DNA of 64,000 nt from Spirochaetota bacterium (GTDB lineage Bacteria; Spirochaetota; UBA4802; JAFGDQ01): NCBI GenBank assembly GCA_043803405.1, contig JAZDKB010000009.1, positions 85,383-149,382 on the forward strand, in the 5' to 3' direction. Under the pieces are notes generated by a model. That model did no database searches, was not told the origin of the DNA, and saw only the letters and a program-made list of their open reading frames with translations. The number at the start of each line of letters is the position of its first letter. The stretch's first letter is position 1. Below, piece after piece: positions 58,136 through 64,000 of this stretch. Position numbers and translations under genes: made by a program.

Positions 58136-58657
58136 GTGAAAAAAATTTTTGTATTATTTGTGTTTGCTTTGCTGATTTCAGCATGCAATAAAAGCTCCAG
58201 CGATTCCAGCGATACAAGCTTTAGGATGAAACCAAATACACTTACTAAGTTTGATTCGCCTGTGCCGGGGACTGAAATGAACTATAGTACAACTCTTGGA
58301 AGTGGAAATTATGCAATTATATATAACGGAACTATCAATAATGAGAATTATGTTGGGATTTCTTTGAGTAATAATCCTGATCCTGAAGGAACAGAAAGTT
58401 TTAATTTAAAAATTTATTTTCAAAGCTCCACAATTCCTTCTAGTTTTGCGCTTACAACTACCAATTGTTCAATTACATATAAAACTGGAAGTAATACTTA
58501 TACAGTGCTTTCAGGAGGGCCACTAACTTTAAATTTCGCATCAGCTCCGGCAACAAATACTACATATACTATATATACTATTACTTCAAGTGGTTCAATT
58601 AGTGTAGGAGGAAATGCATTATCTTCTTTAAATATTAATGCAGTTAAAGCTAATTAA
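58136..58657 (+). CDS. Hypothetical lipoprotein (Ser/Thr/Asn-rich)
   Basis: GTG start after AGAGGA. Lipobox 'LLISAC'. No recognised motifs. Confidence 0.6.
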   Translation: MKKIFVLFVFALLISACNKSSSDSSDTSFRMKPNTLTKFDSPVPGTEMNYSTTLGSGNYAIIYNGTINNENYVGISLSNNPDPEGTESFNLKIYFQSSTIPSSFALTTTNCSITYKTGSNTYTVLSGGPLTLNFASAPATNTTYTIYTITSSGSISVGGNALSSLNINAVKAN

Positions 58658-58714
58658 TTTTTTAAAATAAAAAATAATTTTTCAATTTTAGTTTAATTAA
58701 AATCTAAAATTATA

Positions 58715-59323
58715 TTAATACTCGCTATATATCGACTTGTTCACGCCCCAAAGCGTAAAGCGCACGCCTATGAGCGCCTGAAAGCCCATAATGTTATCAT
58801 CCTTTAAATCATTGAAGAAATACGTCTTGTGAACACCTAAATCAATATACCCGCTTATGCCTTGCGTGAACATGTAAAGTATTCCTGTCCATGCTGCAAC
58901 GCAAAGGCCTGTATCGCTCTTATCGGTTAAGTATTCATTGCGAAATGTTGTAGTGTTCCAGCCATAATCTTCTTTTATGCTCACCTTGCCTGCGCCGACT
59001 CCAGCCGAATTTTTCCAGAAAAGCGGCAATTTTTTTATATTGTAAAGATATTCAACCCCTGCAATTCCCATAAAATATTTATATTCATTATTTTTCGTTG
59101 TAGCCTCATCTTCAATTTTCCGTTGATTATAAATTCCTTTAGCAAAAATATTGAAATCATCGGCAACCTGGTAAAGTAGCGCGCCTCCGCCACCGACCTG
59201 GTTTTTAGCGTCCATTGTCTGGGTAAAAGCCCCGGCGCCATCCAGGGAGATATTGCCCATCGCAAATGATTCAGTGCAAAATAATAAAAAAATAAAAATT
59301 CCCGGAATACTTTTTAATCTCAT
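58715..59323 (-). CDS. Small outer-membrane beta-barrel protein (OmpW/OprF-N-like topology)
   Basis: Signal peptide, alternating hydrophobic beta-strand pattern, and an aromatic C-terminal residue ('...SIYSEY'). Confidence 0.6.
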   Translation of the reverse strand: MRLKSIPGIFIFLLFCTESFAMGNISLDGAGAFTQTMDAKNQVGGGGALLYQVADDFNIFAKGIYNQRKIEDEATTKNNEYKYFMGIAGVEYLYNIKKLPLFWKNSAGVGAGKVSIKEDYGWNTTTFRNEYLTDKSDTGLCVAAWTGILYMFTQGISGYIDLGVHKTYFFNDLKDDNIMGFQALIGVRFTLWGVNKSIYSEY

Positions 59324-59464
59324 GGAGGCATCTCCCCTTAATTTGATCTGTGATTTAATTTGCTAAATATTATAAATATTATTTTAAATAATGTCAAATA
59401 CAATTAGTTAGTCAACCTGACTTACTTTTATACCGGTTGTCCGCAGGCATTAAAATTATATCTT

Positions 59465-60886
59465 TTATTTTGAACTCTTTGCGTTCCAGTATAAATAAAA
59501 AGGAATACCGGCAGCCATAAGCATTGCACCAAGCAATGCTTCACGGGTATTGGTAAAGAATGAAATGACAACAAGAACAAGACAGAATAAAATAAAAAAA
59601 GCAGGAATAACAGGGTACCCCCAGACTTTATATGATCTTTCAAGATGAGGCTCTTTTACGCGCATAATAAAAACACCCAATGTGGTTGCCCCGTAAAAGA
59701 AAAAAGCAGCAAAAACAAGCATATCTGTCAGCTGGTCAAATCCACCGGAAACAACAAGAAGAGATGCCCAGACTGCCTGTATCCATAATGCATAATTTGG
59801 ACTATTGTATTCCGGATGAATTTCCGCTGCTTTTGAAAAGAATAACCCGTCTTTGGCCATGGCGTAATATATTCTGGGCGGCATAAGGATAGTGCTGTTG
59901 GTACAGCCGAAAGCTGTGATAAGTATCAAAAAGCTTAACATCATCACACCGGTTCCGCCTGCAAAACTGCTGACTACTGTTACTGCCGCAATTGCGTTCT
60001 GGGATTTATGAACTTCCACTAAACTGTCTATTGGAAGGACAAATAAATAAGTAAAATTTACAAGCAGATAAACTGTTATTACAATAGCCATTCCGCCAAA
60101 CAGAGCCAGCGGTAAATTTTTCTTTGAGTTTTTAATTTCTCCGCCTAAAAATCCTACGCTGTTCCATCCTTCGTAAGCCCAGAAAGCAGCAAGCATAGCT
60201 GCAAACATGGCTTTTATCAGACCAAAATCGTACCAGCTTTTCTGTACATACAAGGATGAATTGTGCGTAATGCCGGAAATATTTCCTCCGCCGAAAAACA
60301 AGCCAGAGATCACTATAATCGCGAGTCCGGCAAGGATCAGCCTGGTAATGGAATTACTGAGCGAAGAACCCAGTTTTAATCCCCTGGTATTAATAAATGT
60401 TAATCCCACAATTAAAAGGATTGTTAATAATTTTACGCCAAAGTTCTCAAATGGTTTAAATGCGTTAAGGAATTCCATCTGTTCCAGGGACAGCGGCAGA
60501 TGAGGCAAGGGAACAATTGAATTTAACGAGTGTGAAAAAAGGTAGGCAATTGAAGCGACTGCCGACGACTTAATTACTGTAAATACGCTCCACCCGTAAA
60601 GAAACGCCATAAACCGGCCGTAAATACGTTTAAAATATACGTATTCTCCTCCGGAATCCGCCAGCATGCCTGCTATTTCCGCGTTGCTTAATGCTCCAAA
60701 AAGCGATATTACTCCGGCTAACAGCCAGCAAAGCAAAACCAAAGAGGGTGACAGGAGTTCGGCCGACATTGGCGCTACTTTCTTATATACTCCGGAGCCA
60801 ATAATAGAACTTACTACAAGTATTATGCTTGCTCCAAGTGTTAATGACTGTTTTAGTTCTCCTTGTTGTTTTGGCGTATTTCCCAT
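59465..60886 (-). CDS. APC-superfamily amino acid permease
   Basis: About 12 TM segments. 'IIGSGVY', 'NAEIAGMLADSGGEYVY' and 'FWAYEGWNSV' are typical of APC/LAT-type transporters. Confidence 0.85.
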   Translation of the reverse strand: MGNTPKQQGELKQSLTLGASIILVVSSIIGSGVYKKVAPMSAELLSPSLVLLCWLLAGVISLFGALSNAEIAGMLADSGGEYVYFKRIYGRFMAFLYGWSVFTVIKSSAVASIAYLFSHSLNSIVPLPHLPLSLEQMEFLNAFKPFENFGVKLLTILLIVGLTFINTRGLKLGSSLSNSITRLILAGLAIIVISGLFFGGGNISGITHNSSLYVQKSWYDFGLIKAMFAAMLAAFWAYEGWNSVGFLGGEIKNSKKNLPLALFGGMAIVITVYLLVNFTYLFVLPIDSLVEVHKSQNAIAAVTVVSSFAGGTGVMMLSFLILITAFGCTNSTILMPPRIYYAMAKDGLFFSKAAEIHPEYNSPNYALWIQAVWASLLVVSGGFDQLTDMLVFAAFFFYGATTLGVFIMRVKEPHLERSYKVWGYPVIPAFFILFCLVLVVISFFTNTREALLGAMLMAAGIPFYLYWNAKSSK

Positions 60887-61160
60887 TATTATTCCAGTTG
60901 ATAGCCGCGGTATTTCTATATATGATATTATCCTGACGGATATTTTATTCTATATTTATAAATATTTTATTTTGCAAAAAATATCATAATGGCAGGAAGA
61001 CATTGCGTAAACGGATCTGCAGAACACCATTCAAGCTAAGCCAACCATGTATCTGAATAGAATTTTCTTTCCCATGGCTCCCCACAAATCTGTATTATCT
61101 AATATCTTTGCTGTATTTGACCATATAACTTCTCCATTTTTTAAGTCGATTTAAACAATA

Positions 61161-61907
61161 TTAATTATTAAAAAGAAGTGGTAATTTAAAATTAACTTGT
61201 TTTTCCCCTTTATCAAATTCGCGACCTTCTATTATCATAATTGTTTTACCATTTTTTTCTAATCGACCGATTGTAAATTTATACTGTTTTGCTTTAAAAG
61301 ACTGTATATCTTTTAAAGCATTTAAATCTATATCTTTTGGTTCTTCAAATTTCCATTTATATCCTTTCCATTTACTTAAAAAACCGTTATTTTCATCAGT
61401 GATGTTTAATGTTTCTGAAAATAATAATTTATGCTCACCAACTATTATGATATTTTTAGTAATATCGATCTTGATGGCTTTAAGTAATGCTAATTTTCCT
61501 TCTGCTTCAAATTGAATAAAATCCCCCTTCTTTTTTATTATTATTTCTGCTTTTCCTGTTGATGCCAATTCTATATTTTTAGAATATTTGAAAAATTCTG
61601 TATGTTCTTCTTTAGTTATTCCGAGGTTTGGATGATAAGGCATTGGTTTTCCTTCAGGAATAGTCTTCATATAGTTCACAAACCACTGGTAATTTTTCCG
61701 TATTCCAACTTGAATTTTTTTTGCCAGTTCTTCTTGACGTTTATTTATTTTAGTCTCCATTATATCAGCAATTATTTTCCCTCCAGGTATAAGGATATTT
61801 ACGTCTTTCTTTACATCACCAGTTAGTTCTCTTAGGTTATTTGCTTGAGCTAAACTACAAATTACCAGCAAGTATAAAATAACAGCAATGCTAACGATTC
61901 GATTCAT
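61161..61907 (-). CDS. Hypothetical secreted protein (AT-rich islet)
   Basis: Signal peptide 'IAVILYLLVICSLAQA'. AAGGAAA lies upstream of the ATG. No recognised motifs. Confidence 0.6.
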   Translation of the reverse strand: MNRIVSIAVILYLLVICSLAQANNLRELTGDVKKDVNILIPGGKIIADIMETKINKRQEELAKKIQVGIRKNYQWFVNYMKTIPEGKPMPYHPNLGITKEEHTEFFKYSKNIELASTGKAEIIIKKKGDFIQFEAEGKLALLKAIKIDITKNIIIVGEHKLLFSETLNITDENNGFLSKWKGYKWKFEEPKDIDLNALKDIQSFKAKQYKFTIGRLEKNGKTIMIIEGREFDKGEKQVNFKLPLLFNN

Positions 61908-61936
61908 ATATTTTCCTTATTAAACTTATGATTTGA

Positions 61937-62047
61937 CCTTAACAATGAGAAAGTACAAGCATTCAATAAAATTCACGCAGAGGGCAAAGGTACATGCTCC
62001 ACTGAGACAAATACGCCGCTTTGTCATACTGCAAGCCGATGTTAGGT
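61937..62047. repeat. Spacer element bounded by inverted heptamers CCTTAAC ... GTTAGGT (attC-core-like)
   Basis: CCTTAAC at 61937-61943 and GTTAGGT at 62041-62047. There is an internal GACAAA/TTTGTC hairpin, but pairing between the arms beyond about 9 nt is poor. Confidence 0.3.
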
Positions 62048-62071
62048 AAATGTTTAGCCCAAGCTTTTTGC

Positions 62072-63271
62072 TTATGGATTATTGAAATTTATAACCTCAC
62101 CTGTATTTTTGTAACCGATTAAGCATGAATCAGATGAAAGAACAATTCCACTAGCTTTGTTACGATTTAACTTATTTGTCCCTTCTATTAGAACAAAATT
62201 ATTGGTAATCCCAGGATCTATTACTTTGATGAGATAAAAATCATTGAATTCAAATTTAAAACTATTATTTGTAATGAACATTTTTCCGGTTGACAGATAG
62301 GCAGACTCAGAATTTTTACTCCAACAACAAAATAAAGCTACATCACAGTCTTTTACAATTTTACATAACTTAATACCACTTTTGGCTGCTGCTTTTATCT
62401 TTAAAGTAGAAATATTCTTCCCGGGGAAAGTTTTTAAAATCTCACATTCATAAATGATATTATTTTTATCTATTGCGTCTATCTTTACAATAGATTTTAG
62501 CTCATCAGTAAAACAAATAATCAGTCCAGCATCCCTCACTAGTAAGCCATATATAGTATGATTTGTTGGCTTATATACATCAGGATAAAGATACTGAGAA
62601 ACGTCTTTTTCTGAAATTGGTTTTATATGTTGTATATAATTAATCGTTACAATTGAATCTATGTAATTTTTAATTACATCATTTCCGATAGATAATTTTC
62701 TTTCTTCGGTTATAATCTCAAAAGAATCTAAAAGATCATTATAAAATTTAATATACTTGTTATACTCGTTTATGTCGCTGGAAGCGAGAGTAATTACAAA
62801 TATTGATTTATTAGTTCCAATAAAGCATACTCTTTCTGTTTTATTATATGGCATATTTGTAAATTCATAAATTTGTCCTTTATATTTATTCTTTATAAAT
62901 ATGTCGTTTAATTTTTTAGCTTCAACTTTCTCAGTTTTACTTTTATAGTCCTTAATATCTCTTTCGATAAAACCTTGCAAACCACCATTTTCATTTTCAA
63001 TTGAGTAGATAGAAGAATATATATAAGTAAAAAGTTTGTTGTTTTCATTGCCTTTTGGATAAATAAAAAATGGTACTCTGTTTCTTTTAGCAGTTACTTT
63101 ATCCAGATACCAACCTTTATCTGGTTTTAATGAATACATAACTGGGCCGGAATAAGGTGTCGCCGTAAAATTTCCAGTTTCTTCTTCGTTAATAGTTTCC
63201 GAATTAGCAGCAGTAATAGAAAATATGAAATTTAAGATCAGAAGCAATTTTATTAGTTTTAAATTCTGCAT
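62072..63271 (-). CDS. Hypothetical secreted protein (AT-rich islet)
   Basis: Signal peptide 'LLILNFIFSITAANS'. GGAG lies upstream of the ATG. No recognised motifs. Confidence 0.6.
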   Translation of the reverse strand: MQNLKLIKLLLILNFIFSITAANSETINEEETGNFTATPYSGPVMYSLKPDKGWYLDKVTAKRNRVPFFIYPKGNENNKLFTYIYSSIYSIENENGGLQGFIERDIKDYKSKTEKVEAKKLNDIFIKNKYKGQIYEFTNMPYNKTERVCFIGTNKSIFVITLASSDINEYNKYIKFYNDLLDSFEIITEERKLSIGNDVIKNYIDSIVTINYIQHIKPISEKDVSQYLYPDVYKPTNHTIYGLLVRDAGLIICFTDELKSIVKIDAIDKNNIIYECEILKTFPGKNISTLKIKAAAKSGIKLCKIVKDCDVALFCCWSKNSESAYLSTGKMFITNNSFKFEFNDFYLIKVIDPGITNNFVLIEGTNKLNRNKASGIVLSSDSCLIGYKNTGEVINFNNP

Positions 63272-63311
63272 TAAAACTCCAATCTCTTTTATAATAAAAT
63301 ATATATTTTTA

Positions 63312-63442
63312 ACTTAACGACGGGCTAAGTTGTTTTTACGGGTGACAGCAATGGCATTAAAAACTCGCTGATATTAAAACAGCAACCACATACTGAAACA
63401 GTGAAAGCGCGAGTAAAAACCAGGCTTGAGACCATGTTAAGC
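63312..63442. repeat. Imperfect palindromic spacer bounded by ACTTAAC ... GTTAAGC (attC-core-like), abutting the upstream gene's stop codon
   Basis: ACTTAAC at 63312-63318 and GTTAAGC at 63436-63442; the stop codon is at 63443-63445. A second stem tier pairs GTTTTTAC at 63332-63339 with GTAAAAAC at 63413-63420. Confidence 0.4.
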
Positions 63443-64000
63443 CTATTTATTTTTTTGGTTAAATGGAATAAATTTTTCTTTATTTGTAAGCTCAAATTTT
63501 GATTTATTTGAATTCCATTGGAATAAAATTTTTTCAAATTCTTTCATTCCAATATTATCTAAAGTATTGGAAATATTTATAAAATCTCTATCTTGATAAA
63601 TTCTGTTTGCAAAATGTAAACATTTGTCACATACTTGTACCGTTATATTTAATCCTTCTCTTGGTAATTTGTAGTAAAAATTATCTAATTTAAAAGTACT
63701 TGCTATCTCTCTTCTTATTTTATAGAAATTATTTTGTTTGCTATTAGAATAAAATTCTTCAATAGGTAGTATTGGAATTTTATTTAGAGTTATATCGTAC
63801 CATTGTTTTCCATTAAATGTATATATCCCAAATTGTAATGTGCTTGTGAACCCTTCACCTTGATCATATATGTTTATAGCTATAAAATGGTTATTTTTTT
63901 TATCAATAAAAAGAGCAAGTTCAGTTACATAAGAACTTGCTCCAGTTCCGCCATCCTTAATTTCAATAAAACCGTTTTTTATATCTACCGTAGCATAATC
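63443..64000 (-). CDS. Hypothetical protein, 3' part only; the gene continues beyond the window end
   Basis: The minus-strand frame is open from base 64000 down to the TAG at 63445..63443 (185 codons by hand translation, ending '...KFIPFNQKNK'). It is absent from the ORF track because no start codon lies in the window. Confidence 0.6.
   Translation of the reverse strand, partial: DYATVDIKNGFIEIKDGGTGASSYVTELALFIDKKNNHFIAINIYDQGEGFTSTLQFGIYTFNGKQWYDITLNKIPILPIEEFYSNSKQNNFYKIRREIASTFKLDNFYYKLPREGLNITVQVCDKCLHFANRIYQDRDFINISNTLDNIGMKEFEKILFQWNSNKSKFELTNKEKFIPFNQKNK

Noticed and set aside
59428-59643. 71-aa minus-strand ORF overlapping the 3' end of the permease gene (also 59035..59265 inside the beta-barrel gene)
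   Set aside because: It is an out-of-frame overlap with a well-supported transporter gene. Its hydrophobic composition simply mirrors the host gene.
60887-61160. Possible riboswitch or leader upstream of the APC amino-acid permease, suggested by a locally GC-richer stretch at about 60990-61085
   Set aside because: I could not match it to lysine, glycine, T-box or other amino-acid-responsive RNA consensus features by eye. It contains only very short ORFs. It is left unassigned; an Rfam scan would settle it.
63325-63537. 70-aa minus-strand ORF
   Set aside because: It spans the stop codon region of the partial upstream gene in another frame and also the palindromic spacer. No RBS. The hand-translated frame ending at 63443 explains the coding signal.

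Overview
AT-rich, gene-dense bacterial chromosomal segment: about 65 supported CDS and 4 tRNAs, with no rRNA, CRISPR array, IS element, prophage or recognisable defence genes. Most genes are housekeeping. They include gltX, thiL, glnS, mlaEFD, apgM, moaDE, carD, a class A PBP, htrA, murJ, queA, xerD, a MacAB-TolC-type efflux operon, hemW, a GH3 hexosaminidase, and the run ispG-asd-tatA-proA-nadD-LCP-rsfS-tRNACys-tRNALeu. A FlaA-like flagellar sheath protein suggests a spirochaete-related lineage; this is an inference. I found no classical novel multi-gene system. What the gene calls do not explain is listed here. (1) A dispersed family of G5/C5-tract hairpin and inverted-repeat elements sits in at least six intergenic regions. 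One is a composite element inside the mla operon, and one is an array of five tandem mini-hairpins between an acyl-CoA dehydrogenase gene and murJ. (2) A 21-bp-period tandem array built on TCCGGA cores lies upstream of glnS. (3) A PilZ-like gene and a 582-aa W-P-repeat gene head an mlaEFD cluster that lacks mlaA/B/C. (4) A malic-enzyme homologue with its catalytic and NAD(P) motifs replaced is apparently coupled to a PIN-TRAM protein. (5) Two tandem dnaX-type A_AAA_AAG slippery heptamers at the end of the MacB-like ATPase gene would fuse it in the -1 frame to the permease. (6) The visibly more AT-rich 3' end holds orphan secreted proteins, and two of its spacers are bounded by attC-core-like inverted heptamers. 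All family calls come from motif recognition by eye; no database search was possible.
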